A stretch of 64,000 bases of DNA from Candidatus Eiseniibacteriota bacterium (GTDB lineage Bacteria; Eisenbacteria; RBG-16-71-46). Positions within the stretch are counted from its first letter, which is position 1; every line of letters starts with the position of its first letter. The notes under the pieces were generated by a model. The model saw nothing but the letters and a program-made list of their open reading frames with translations, did no database searches and was not told the origin of the DNA. Where the stretch lies: the NCBI GenBank assembly GCA_963717505.1, contig OY970342.1, positions 640,001 to 704,000 of the forward strand. The letters run 5' to 3'. Both the position numbers and the translations under genes were made by a program. This document shows positions 40,087 through 49,463 of this stretch, in pieces.

Positions 40087-41466
40087 ATGACCGCCGACCG
40101 CCCGCCACCTGACGCCCCGGACACCCAACGCGGACCGCTCGAACGATTGCTGTCGGTGTTCGCCGAAGTCCGTCAGGGCGAAGGCGGCACGGCGCTCTTG
40201 CTCGCGCTCAACGTCTTCCTGCTCCTGATGTGCTACTACCTCATTCGCCCCGTGCGCGAAGCGCTGATTCTCCAGGTCCCGAGCGGTGCCGAGATCAAGA
40301 GCTACTTGTCCGCCGGGCAGGTCTTCCTGCTGTTGTTCCTGATTCCCGCCTACAGCGCCTTCGCGAATCGGGTCGATCGCATTCGCCTGATCACCGGCGT
40401 CACGCTGATCTTCATCGCGTGCCTGGTCGTTTTCTACGGCCTGGCCCAGCTCCAGCTCACCTACCTCGGGGTCGCGTTCTTTCTCTGGATCGGGATCTTC
40501 AACGTCATGATCACCGCCCAGTTCTGGGCGTACGCCAACGACGTGTACACCGAGGAGCAGGGGAAGCGCCTGTTCGCGATCGTCGCGTTCGGCGCCACCC
40601 TGGGAGCGGTGTTCGGCTCGGGAATCGCGGCCGCACTGATCCGTCCGTTTGGGTTGAATCAGCTGATGCTGGTATCGGCCGGAGTGCTCGGCGTCAGTCT
40701 GGCGCTGACGCGGATCATCGACGCGCGGCTGGGCGCGATCGCGGCAGCCACGCGCGCCACGCGTGCCACACAGGAACCCATGTCGAGCACCGGCGGCTTC
40801 CAGCTCGTACTCCGCGATCGCTACCTGCTCTACATCGGCTTGCTGGTGCTCGCGATCAATCTCGTGAACTCGAACGGCGAGTACATCCTGGGTAAGACCC
40901 TCTCGATGCTTGCCGATCGCAACATCGCGGCCGGCGTGCACGGCGCGCTCGACCCGGGCGAGTACAAGAGGCAGTTCATCGGTGGTTTCTACGCGACCTT
41001 CCTGGTCTGGGTCAGCGTGGTGACCGCACTGGTCCAGTTGTTCCTGGTGTCGCGGGTGATCAAGTGGTTCGGGGTTCGCGTCGCTTTGTTCGTGATGCCC
41101 CTGGTCGCCCTCGGGGGTTACGCCATGCTCGCGATCACTCCGATCCTGGGTCTGATCCGCACGGTCAAGGTCCTCGAGAACTCGCTCGACTACTCGCTGC
41201 AGAACACCGCGCGCCATGCCTTGTGGCTGCCGACCTCGCGCGACGCCAAATACAAGGCCAAGGCGGCGACCGACACCTTCTTCTGGCGCGCCGGCGACGT
41301 GCTGTCGGCGCTGATCGTGTTCATCGGGGCGCAAATCGGGCTACACCCGCAGTCGTTCGCGGCGATCAACGTCGTGCTGGTGCTGGGCTGGCTCGCGGTG
41401 TTGGTCGCGCTGGCCAGGCGTCACCGCGCGCTCGCCGAAGTGCGAGCCGCCGACGCCGCTCGCTAG
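40087..41466 (+). CDS. Npt1/Npt2 (TLC ATP/ADP translocase family) nucleotide transporter
   Basis: YYLIRPVREAL, WIGIFNVMITAQFWAYANDVY, GKRLF, DYSLQNTAR, KYKAKAATD. Confidence 0.88.
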   Translation: MTADRPPPDAPDTQRGPLERLLSVFAEVRQGEGGTALLLALNVFLLLMCYYLIRPVREALILQVPSGAEIKSYLSAGQVFLLLFLIPAYSAFANRVDRIRLITGVTLIFIACLVVFYGLAQLQLTYLGVAFFLWIGIFNVMITAQFWAYANDVYTEEQGKRLFAIVAFGATLGAVFGSGIAAALIRPFGLNQLMLVSAGVLGVSLALTRIIDARLGAIAAATRATRATQEPMSSTGGFQLVLRDRYLLYIGLLVLAINLVNSNGEYILGKTLSMLADRNIAAGVHGALDPGEYKRQFIGGFYATFLVWVSVVTALVQLFLVSRVIKWFGVRVALFVMPLVALGGYAMLAITPILGLIRTVKVLENSLDYSLQNTARHALWLPTSRDAKYKAKAATDTFFWRAGDVLSALIVFIGAQIGLHPQSFAAINVVLVLGWLAVLVALARRHRALAEVRAADAAR

Positions 41467-42611
41467 GGGTTCCCTGCCGTTCGAATGAGTCGCGCGAGGC
41501 CGAAGCGCTCGGGGACCGGGCCGGGAGCTCCGCCGACCATTCCCGCCACTATCTCCCCAATCGCGCTGGCGAACTTGAAGCCGTGGCCCGAGCAGGCGCT
41601 GACCAGGATCGCGCGTGGCTCCACCGGGTGCCGATCGATGATGAAGTCCTCGTCGGCGGTATTGGTGTAAAGGCAGGTCAGGGCTCGGATCGGCGCGCCG
41701 GCGGCCGGGGGAATGTGGCGGCGGAGCGGCGCGAGGATTCGCTCGACCTCGTCGCCTTCGACCTCGCGGCGAACGCGATCGGGATCGATGCGCTCGCCCT
41801 GATGATGGAGCGCAGCTTTGACGGCGCCGTCCAGCGCCGGGAAGGCGTAGAAGAATCGGTCGGGCTCGTATTGCCAGATGGTGATCGGGCAGCGCGCCGG
41901 CTCGAGCAGGGCCGGATCTCGAGCGGGCGCGAACCAAGCCTGAACGACGCGCTCGACCGAGAGCGGCAGATCGAAGCCGTTCAGCAAGCCGCGAAGCCAG
42001 GCCCCGGCCGTGAGGACGACCTGGCCGGCGTGCACCTCACCCCCGCTCGTCTCGACGACGATGCCTCCGGCAGTCGCCCGCCAGCCGGTGACCGCGGTAT
42101 TCATCCGAATCTCGGCGCCAGCGAACGCGGCCTGGTCGAGATGGGCGGCAACGCAGCGTTCGGGCAGGAGCACTCCGGCGCGCGGCTCCCAGACCCCGGC
42201 CATGTCGTCGCCCGGCGCGAACGCCGGGAACCGGCGCCGGATCTCGGTCGCCGACAATAGTTCGTGCCGCAGACCATGGAGGCGAGCGCTGCGCAGAGCG
42301 CCTGCGACCAGGACGCCTCCCGGTGGCCCGATCATCACGCCGCCGGTCTCGATCATGAGCGTCTGCCCGGCGTCGCGCTCGAGCGCCGACCACAGTTCGT
42401 AGGCCCGCTGAACCAGGGGGACGTAGCAGGGATCCTCGAAGTACGCCTCGCGGATGATCCGGCTCCCGCCGTGCGACGAGCCGTGCGTGTGCGGGCTGGT
42501 CCAGCGCTCGAGTCCGACCACCCGGTATCCGTTGCGCGCCAGGTGGCAGAGCGCGGAACTCCCGGCGGCGCCCAGCCCGACGACCGCGACGTCGAACGCC
42601 GAGCGCGTCAT
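41463..42611 (-). CDS. solA: N-methyl-L-tryptophan/monomeric sarcosine oxidase
   Basis: VVGLGAAG, GSSHGGSRIIR, CLYTNT (covalent FAD Cys), CSGHGFKF. Confidence 0.9.
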   Translation of the reverse strand: MTRSAFDVAVVGLGAAGSSALCHLARNGYRVVGLERWTSPHTHGSSHGGSRIIREAYFEDPCYVPLVQRAYELWSALERDAGQTLMIETGGVMIGPPGGVLVAGALRSARLHGLRHELLSATEIRRRFPAFAPGDDMAGVWEPRAGVLLPERCVAAHLDQAAFAGAEIRMNTAVTGWRATAGGIVVETSGGEVHAGQVVLTAGAWLRGLLNGFDLPLSVERVVQAWFAPARDPALLEPARCPITIWQYEPDRFFYAFPALDGAVKAALHHQGERIDPDRVRREVEGDEVERILAPLRRHIPPAAGAPIRALTCLYTNTADEDFIIDRHPVEPRAILVSACSGHGFKFASAIGEIVAGMVGGAPGPVPERFGLARLIRTAGNP

Positions 42612-43390
42612 CGCCCTTCATCCGCTGGCGCTTCGGCCAGCGCCGCGTCGGCCCATGCCTCGATCGTCTCCAGGTCGGGCACCGGCTCGGGCGGCGTGCG
42701 GCGCAGCGCCACGTAGGCCAGGTGGCCGGAGTGAACATCCATGAGCGCGTGCATCAGGATGCCGGGATAGAGCGAGCCCGAGATGAAGTAGACGCCCGCC
42801 AGGAAAGCGCCCACCAGGGTGGTCAACAGGATCCCGCGCGGTCCCTGGTAGGTGTGGCCGATGCCGAAAACCACCGCCGAGGCCCCGAGCGCGATCCACG
42901 GACCGAGCCAGTAGGTCAGGTACCAGATCATGAACCCGCGGTAGAGGATCTCCTCGCAGATCCCGGCGGTGATCGACAGGGCGTAGAAGCGCCGGAGCTC
43001 TCGCGGCTCGCGCGGGAGCATCGGCTCGACGTGGCGCATGCGCTCGCGCACCTCGGCCAGGGCCTCGTCGTCGTCCAGGGCCTTGGTCCGCTGGCGCCAG
43101 ACCAGGACGAAGACGATGGCGATGCCGGCCGCCACGCCTGCGAGCCCGGTCGTGACCCTCGGCTCGAGGCCGATCTCCCGCGCGGTGCGTCCGGCGGCGA
43201 CCCACACCGCCGAGGTCAGGAGCACCAGCCCCCACTGAACCGCCATCGCCGTGGCGTACAGCGACATGCGGACGCGGGGGCGCTGGGCGAGGCTGGCCCG
43301 GAGTAGCCGCCGGTAGCCGAAGGTGGCGCCCCAAACGGGACCGAGGAGGATCAGAACTGCGGCGAGGACGTGATCGAGGATTCCGGGCAC
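42608..43390 (-). CDS. CPBP (CAAX/Abi) intramembrane metalloprotease
   Basis: GICEEILYRG, FGIGHTYQG, HALMD. Confidence 0.9.
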   Translation of the reverse strand: MPGILDHVLAAVLILLGPVWGATFGYRRLLRASLAQRPRVRMSLYATAMAVQWGLVLLTSAVWVAAGRTAREIGLEPRVTTGLAGVAAGIAIVFVLVWRQRTKALDDDEALAEVRERMRHVEPMLPREPRELRRFYALSITAGICEEILYRGFMIWYLTYWLGPWIALGASAVVFGIGHTYQGPRGILLTTLVGAFLAGVYFISGSLYPGILMHALMDVHSGHLAYVALRRTPPEPVPDLETIEAWADAALAEAPADEGR

Positions 43391-43546
43391 GTCCGGATCC
43401 TACGAGATCCGGTCCCCGATCGACCACGCTGCGTTCTGCCGAGCGCGTGTGCGACATCGTGCATCCCGCGTCGCGAAATCGTCGGCGGGAAAGATCGTCG
43501 CAGACAGGTCTTTGCCGCCACGAAATCGTCTGTTAACGTTTTACCC

Positions 43547-43972
43547 ATGTCGATTCGCCCGTACAAGATCGTATTCCTCTGCACCCACAACGCAGGGCGT
43601 TCACAGATGGCCAGGATCTTCTTCAACCAGATGGCCGACCCGAGCCTGGTGCGCGCGGTTTCTTGCGGCACCGAGCCGGCCAACCGGGTTCACCCCGAGG
43701 TCGTGGACGTGATGCGCGAGGTTGGAGTCGACCTCGCCCCCGATCGTCCGCGCCTGCTCATGGACGAAATCGTGGCGAATGCCACGCTGGTCGTCACCAT
43801 GGGCTGCGGCGACCAGTGCCCGGTGGTTCCGGGCGCCGAGCGCCTCGAGTGGGATCTTCCGGACCCCAAGGGTCAGTCGCTGGATCGAGTCCGCTGGATC
43901 CGCGATCAAGTGCGCGAGCAGGTGCGCGACCTGATCCAGGCCAACTTCTGGGGTCGTCAAGCCGTCGCGTAG
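43547..43972 (+). CDS. arsC: Thioredoxin-type arsenate reductase (LMW-PTP family)
   Basis: CTHNAGRSQM, TMGCGDQCP, WDLPDP. Confidence 0.85.
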   Translation: MSIRPYKIVFLCTHNAGRSQMARIFFNQMADPSLVRAVSCGTEPANRVHPEVVDVMREVGVDLAPDRPRLLMDEIVANATLVVTMGCGDQCPVVPGAERLEWDLPDPKGQSLDRVRWIRDQVREQVRDLIQANFWGRQAVA

Positions 43973-44005
43973 TCGGCTGCCGGGAAGCAAACAACCGAGG
44001 TCATC

Positions 44006-46939
44006 ATGGCGCTCGCAGGCCGCCAGTTCGTCCTCTGCTTCTCCCTTTTCTTTGCCGTCCCCGCTCACGCGATCGTGCGGCCGATCGACGCTCCGGAGGG
44101 TGAACTTCGGCCCGATCAGGCACGCGTCGTCCGCATCGCGAGCCCCTCCGCTGCGCCGGCCCTCGATGCGCGCCCCCCCTGGCGCGAGTTCCAGAGCCGA
44201 CACGGTGGGTGGAAGGCCCAATGGAACACGGTCACCAAGAGCCCGCATCGGGCCTGGGGGCCCTCCTTCCCGATCTCGGGCCCGGTGCGCGACGCCGCCA
44301 CGGTCGATGGAGCGCTACGCAGCTTCATCGCGGGGAACCCCGGCGTGTTCGGCACGCCGTCGCTCGAAGTCGCTGCCATCTACTCCGTAAACGGACTCTG
44401 GTACGCCCGCTATCGCCAGAAGATTCACGGTGTGCCGGTGCTGTTCTCCGACTGGGAGTTCCGGGTCTCCGAGTCCGGAAAGCTCATGATGTTCGGCGCC
44501 GATGCGCATGAGCCGAGCCGAGCCCCGCGCACCTCGCCGGTTCTGGTGCGCGCCGCCGCGCGCGAGCAGGCCCGCCGAGGGCTGGCTTACACACCCGGAA
44601 AAGGCACGATCGAAGACGGCGGCTTGTACTTGATGCCCTGGTCCACTGAGACCGGCGTCGAATACCGGCTCGTCTACGAGCAGCGAGTGGTGACCGAAGA
44701 CCCACCGGGAAACTGGATTGCGTTCGTCGACGCCGAAAACGGCGACGTGCTATTCCGCCAGAACCGCGTCCGGTACGTGATCTCGGGCCAGATCACCGGC
44801 GCCATTCACACCTTGCTGCCGACCGATCCGCTGACCACCGCCCCGTTCCGCGACCTGAGGATCTGGGTCGGACCGGACTCCGGCGTCACCAGCTCGCTCG
44901 GGAACTATTCGGTGCCCGCCACCGGCACGGTCAGCGTGCGCGACAGCCTGATCGGGCCGTTCTGCGACGTGAACAACAACCTGCCGTCGATCGCCGTGTT
45001 CAACACCACGGTTGGCAATCCCGCGACCGTCAACATCAATTGGACCGACGCCAACTCGCACGTCGCCGAACGCGACGCCTTCTACCACGTGAACCTGGTC
45101 CACAATTTCATCCGCACGCTCGATCCGGCGTTCACGCAGATCGACTATTCGATGCCGACTCGGGTCAACATCAACCTCAATTGCAATGCGTTCTGGAACG
45201 GCACCGGCGTCAACTTCTACGTCGCCGGCAGCGGCTGCCCGAACACCGCAACGATTCCCGACGTCGTCTATCACGAGTACGGGCACGGCATCAACGACAT
45301 GCTCTACATCCAGGCGGGCTCGTTTGGCGGAATGTTCAGCGGCGCTCTCCACGAAGGCATGGCCGACGTCAATGCCGCGTTCGTGCAGGACGACCCGAAC
45401 ATCGGCAAGGGCTTCACCGGCCCGGGCACGATCTTGAGGACCTGCGACAACACCCGGCGCTGGCCCGATGACGCCGGTGAGGCGCATACCTCGGGGCAAA
45501 TCATCTCGGGGGCGTTCTGGGACCTGCGTCAGGCGGTTGGGCTGACCGTGGCCAGCCGGCTCGCGCATTTCGCGCGCTACGGCATCCCGGACGATCCCCT
45601 CGACGATGGCGTCGCCATGAGCGAGTACTTCGTCGAAACCCTGATCGCGGACGACGACGATGCCAATCTGGGGAACGGCACGCCGCACTTCTCCGACATC
45701 GTGGCGTCGTTCAACGCGCACGGCATCGGCACGGGCTTCTTCGTCGAGTTCACGCACACGCCGCTCGCCGACAACACCAGCACCGGTAACTACCCGGTTA
45801 CCGCCTTGGTTCGCTACACCGGCCCGGTGGGCGCCCTCGACGCCTCCTCGCCCACGCTCTACTTCTCGGTGAATGGCTCCGCTTACGTACCCGCCGCCAT
45901 GACGCCGACCGGCAACCCCGACGAGTTCTCCGCGGTCATCCCCGGCCAGCCGGCGGCGATCGTCTCCTACTACCTGACCGCGGCCGACGTCTACGGCGCG
46001 ACCAACACGCACCCGCCGGTGGCTCCGTCGCGGGAAACGTTCACGTTCCTGGCCGGCCCGGCGACCACGGTGTTCCAGCAGACGATGGAAGCCAATCCGG
46101 GATGGACCGTGGGCGATGCGACCGACAACGCGACCTCGGGAATCTGGGAGCGCGGCAATCCGAACGGTACGCTGGTCGACGGTGTCAACGTCCAGCCCGA
46201 GGACGATCACACGCCGTTTTCGGGCACGGTGTGCTGGTTCACCGGGCAGCACCCGCTCGGCGAGGCGAACCCGGGCCTGAGCGACGTCGATGGCGGCCGG
46301 ACGACACTGACCTCGAACGTCTTCGACGCAGTGACCGCGATCAACTACCCGGTGATCGAGTACTACCGCTGGTACACGAACCAGCTCGGCGGCGCCCCGT
46401 CGTCGGACCTTTGGCGCACGTACGTTTCGAACGACGCCGGCGCGAGCTGGGCGCTGGTCGAGAACACGCTCGATTCGAAGAACGCCTGGCAGCGAGTGCT
46501 GTTCTTCATTCACGACTACGTCACGCCGACCAACGCCATGCGGCTGCGATTCGTTGCCAGCGACTCGGCAGCGGGTTCATTGGTCGAGGCGGGAGTCGAT
46601 GATGTCCGGCTGCTGACCTATCCGTTGTCGCTGTCGATCGGTGGCGACGCGGGAGCCAGTCGCGAAGTCCTCTTGGCGCCGGCGTCGCCGAACCCGATGC
46701 GCTCGCACGCTTCGTTCGCGTTCACCCTGCCGTCGGCGGGCCATGCGTCGCTGCGGGTGTACGACATCCACGGTCGCGCCGTGCGCACGCTGCACCAGGG
46801 CCATCTCGATGCCGGTCCGCACCTCCGGGAGTGGAACGGGCTCGACGACCGCGGGCGGCGCGTGCCGAGCGGGCCCTACTTCGTGAGGCTCGAGCACGGG
46901 CTTCGCCAGGCCATGCGCAAGGTCGTGCGCGTCGAGTAG
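44006..46939 (+). CDS. Secreted M4/M36-like zinc metallopeptidase (FTP/PepSY propeptide) with FlgD-Ig CTD
   Basis: CNAFWNG, DVVYHEYGH, GALHEGMAD, EAHTSG; C-terminus SPNP...WNGLD...SGPY. Confidence 0.88.
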   Translation: MALAGRQFVLCFSLFFAVPAHAIVRPIDAPEGELRPDQARVVRIASPSAAPALDARPPWREFQSRHGGWKAQWNTVTKSPHRAWGPSFPISGPVRDAATVDGALRSFIAGNPGVFGTPSLEVAAIYSVNGLWYARYRQKIHGVPVLFSDWEFRVSESGKLMMFGADAHEPSRAPRTSPVLVRAAAREQARRGLAYTPGKGTIEDGGLYLMPWSTETGVEYRLVYEQRVVTEDPPGNWIAFVDAENGDVLFRQNRVRYVISGQITGAIHTLLPTDPLTTAPFRDLRIWVGPDSGVTSSLGNYSVPATGTVSVRDSLIGPFCDVNNNLPSIAVFNTTVGNPATVNINWTDANSHVAERDAFYHVNLVHNFIRTLDPAFTQIDYSMPTRVNINLNCNAFWNGTGVNFYVAGSGCPNTATIPDVVYHEYGHGINDMLYIQAGSFGGMFSGALHEGMADVNAAFVQDDPNIGKGFTGPGTILRTCDNTRRWPDDAGEAHTSGQIISGAFWDLRQAVGLTVASRLAHFARYGIPDDPLDDGVAMSEYFVETLIADDDDANLGNGTPHFSDIVASFNAHGIGTGFFVEFTHTPLADNTSTGNYPVTALVRYTGPVGALDASSPTLYFSVNGSAYVPAAMTPTGNPDEFSAVIPGQPAAIVSYYLTAADVYGATNTHPPVAPSRETFTFLAGPATTVFQQTMEANPGWTVGDATDNATSGIWERGNPNGTLVDGVNVQPEDDHTPFSGTVCWFTGQHPLGEANPGLSDVDGGRTTLTSNVFDAVTAINYPVIEYYRWYTNQLGGAPSSDLWRTYVSNDAGASWALVENTLDSKNAWQRVLFFIHDYVTPTNAMRLRFVASDSAAGSLVEAGVDDVRLLTYPLSLSIGGDAGASREVLLAPASPNPMRSHASFAFTLPSAGHASLRVYDIHGRAVRTLHQGHLDAGPHLREWNGLDDRGRRVPSGPYFVRLEHGLRQAMRKVVRVE

Positions 46940-46976
46940 CTCGCGAGGACGGTCCGGTCCGCCTGCGGGCTGCGCC

Positions 46977-48614
46977 CTACCGAATCGTCACGAAACGCCG
47001 GACGACCGCTCCGCTGCTCGACTGGATCCGCGCGTAGTAGATCCCGGGCGCAGCCAGGGCACCCCAACGCGTCGCGCCCGACCAGGTCATCACGACGGAA
47101 CCCCGAGGATGATCCGTCTCGGGCGATCGCCACACTTCCCGGCCGCCGATATCGAGGATCGCGAGCGACACGCGCTCCGGGCTGTCAAGCGTAACCGTCC
47201 AGGACACCGCCCCTCTGCCAGGGTTGGGTCGCGCGGGAGAAACATCGAACGACGACTCCGTGGGCCCGGGGACGGACGTCGGAAACGTGCTCCAGAACTC
47301 GTGCGTGCAGATCTCCTCCATCCCCGGCTCGCCGGGAGGATGAGAGCGGAAGGTCAGCCTGCTGAATTTGGGCAACGGCCCGAGGATCCCGAAAGTGACC
47401 GGGATTCCCACGGTGGCCTGCGCGGCGACGATGACGCTGCCCAGGACCGGCAGGGCGAACACGGTCTCGTCGCTCTCCAACGTCCAGTCGAGAGCCAGCA
47501 GGTCACTCGTTGAATTGTGCGCTACGTAGACGATCTCCTGCGTAGACTCTCCGTTCCACTCGATCCCACCCGGCGCCGACAGATCGAAGCCCGCTGCGCC
47601 GACTGTCCATTCCAGCGCAGAAGTAATCGGACTGATGCTGCACCCGTGATGGAACGAGTCGCCGCCATGGACCAGGATACGATCGCGCACGGGATCCCAA
47701 GTCAACGACCAGCCGTTGTCGCCGTGATACGCGGGGCTGTCGGCCGGCTCCACGTAACACACCGGATCACCCGAAAGGTCGAGCACGTGCGCTTCCATCC
47801 CCTGGTACGGCACCGGGCTTGGGGACCAGCTCACCAGGCGCCGGCGTGAAGCGTCGAACGCCCACGGTGCCCACCACTGGAGCGGTGGAATCGGTGCCGA
47901 CCGCGCGGTCTCGATCCTCGCCCAGGTCATGGATGCCAAATCGAGGGCGTACGAGTCGGCGATACTGTGGCCGTATCCGCCGACCACGATCATCCGGTCG
48001 AGCGCCGCATCGTAGAACGCGGCGTGGCCCCGCCGCGCGGGCGGCTGCTCGCCCGCCGTCGCCAGCTCCACCCACTCCGGGGTTCCCGAGAGCGGCAGCA
48101 CCCAGGTGTCGTTGCCGTCATCGCCGCCGTGGAGAATCAGGCGGTTCCGGATCGGATCCAACATCAGGGAAGGCAACCATCGCGTCCCCGGCCCGACGTT
48201 GACCGGCACGATCTCGCTCCAGGTCGGCAGATCGGACAGCGTCAGCGCCCAGAGATCCGCGAGTAAACCGAAAGCGGCTCCATCGCCTCCGTATACGATC
48301 ATGCGGTGGAGCTGGGAATCGTAGACGGCCTGGTGGCGGCTTCGCGCCGGGGGCGTCGGACCGGCTGGTGCCAGAGTGGTCCATGCGTTGGTGGACAGAT
48401 CGAGCGCCGCCAGGCGGGAGTGTGGCGAGCACAGCTCGTCGGCGCCGCCGAACACGATGATCCGGTCCCCTACAGGGTCATGGATGGCGCTGTGGTTGGA
48501 GAACGAGGACGGATCGCCGCTGGTGGCCAATTGCACGTGCGAGTACTCGGCTCGGGCCGGGGAGAGCCAAGCGGCCAAGAAGCTCGCAATGATGACGAGA
48601 GCACATCGGCGCAT
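46977..48614 (-). CDS. Secreted Kelch-repeat protein with FlgD-Ig CTD
   Basis: Repeats IIVFGG, MIVYGG, LILHGG, MIVVGG; C-terminus RPNP...PGIY. Confidence 0.82.
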   Translation of the reverse strand: MRRCALVIIASFLAAWLSPARAEYSHVQLATSGDPSSFSNHSAIHDPVGDRIIVFGGADELCSPHSRLAALDLSTNAWTTLAPAGPTPPARSRHQAVYDSQLHRMIVYGGDGAAFGLLADLWALTLSDLPTWSEIVPVNVGPGTRWLPSLMLDPIRNRLILHGGDDGNDTWVLPLSGTPEWVELATAGEQPPARRGHAAFYDAALDRMIVVGGYGHSIADSYALDLASMTWARIETARSAPIPPLQWWAPWAFDASRRRLVSWSPSPVPYQGMEAHVLDLSGDPVCYVEPADSPAYHGDNGWSLTWDPVRDRILVHGGDSFHHGCSISPITSALEWTVGAAGFDLSAPGGIEWNGESTQEIVYVAHNSTSDLLALDWTLESDETVFALPVLGSVIVAAQATVGIPVTFGILGPLPKFSRLTFRSHPPGEPGMEEICTHEFWSTFPTSVPGPTESSFDVSPARPNPGRGAVSWTVTLDSPERVSLAILDIGGREVWRSPETDHPRGSVVMTWSGATRWGALAAPGIYYARIQSSSGAVVRRFVTIR

Positions 48615-48656
48615 GGGGTAATTGTAGGCATCGCGCCGGGCGTTCACCATCTGGAA

Positions 48657-49289
48657 TTACTGCCCGTCGACCGCGATTCCCAGTCGTACCCACGGCCCCG
48701 TGTAGTCGGGCTCGGCGTCGAACGGCTGGTCTTCGATGCTCAAAGCATCGGCCTTGGCGAAGCGATATCCGGCGACGCTGCTCAGGCTCCAGGGTCCGCC
48801 CAGCGACCACTGAACCTCGCCGGTCACCTGCGCGGCGAATCCCGACCCCGAAGCCTCGAACTCGAAATCGTCGCCGCGGAACGCGCCGGACACGTTGAAC
48901 GGGAGCAGCCCTGCGCCCACGCCGTAGCGGACCGAGGAGGTGCTCGGAAAGAAGTAGGTGGCGTGGATCGCGAGCGCCCACGCGGCGACGTCGAACGTGA
49001 GGTCGTCGTCGTGCCCGGCCGCGAACCATCGTTCGACGCCGACTCGCAACAGCACGCGGTCCCGGACTCCGAACCGTATCGCTGCGCCGGCCAGCGCCCC
49101 ACTCTCGATAGTCCCGAGATCGCTGCCAACCAACTGATTGAACGACTCGAGAGAATCATTGAGTTCGGACATCTCGTAGCCGGTCCAGCCGCCGTACACC
49201 TCGAAACCGAGACCCTTCTTGGCTTCGGCGGTGCTGACCACGACAACACTTCCCACGAGCAGCGCACTCATCACCATACGGCGGTGCAT
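48657..49289 (-). CDS. Small outer-membrane beta-barrel protein
   Basis: RBS GAGGAGG; signal peptide ending AEA; amphipathic strands, YTGPWVRLGI. Confidence 0.72.
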   Translation of the reverse strand: MHRRMVMSALLVGSVVVVSTAEAKKGLGFEVYGGWTGYEMSELNDSLESFNQLVGSDLGTIESGALAGAAIRFGVRDRVLLRVGVERWFAAGHDDDLTFDVAAWALAIHATYFFPSTSSVRYGVGAGLLPFNVSGAFRGDDFEFEASGSGFAAQVTGEVQWSLGGPWSLSSVAGYRFAKADALSIEDQPFDAEPDYTGPWVRLGIAVDGQ

Positions 49290-49463
49290 TCGTGCCTCCT
49301 CATGCTTCTTTCGGGTCGAAGCCCAACGGCCCCCTGGGAAGAACCCCCGAAGACGGGCCGCGCGGTCCGGGCTTGGCAAAATCCTGGGGAGTTTTCGAAT
49401 GTCGCATTCCCCGGATGCGGGGTAGATACTCTATGCGGCATGCCTCTCCCCGGGAGGATCTCC

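Noticed and set aside
48306-49463. N-terminal 386 aa of the 670-aa ORF, and similar long extensions of the ORFs at 3292, 4446 and 36905
   Set aside because: Alternate-frame or antisense overlaps with real genes, typical of high-GC DNA.
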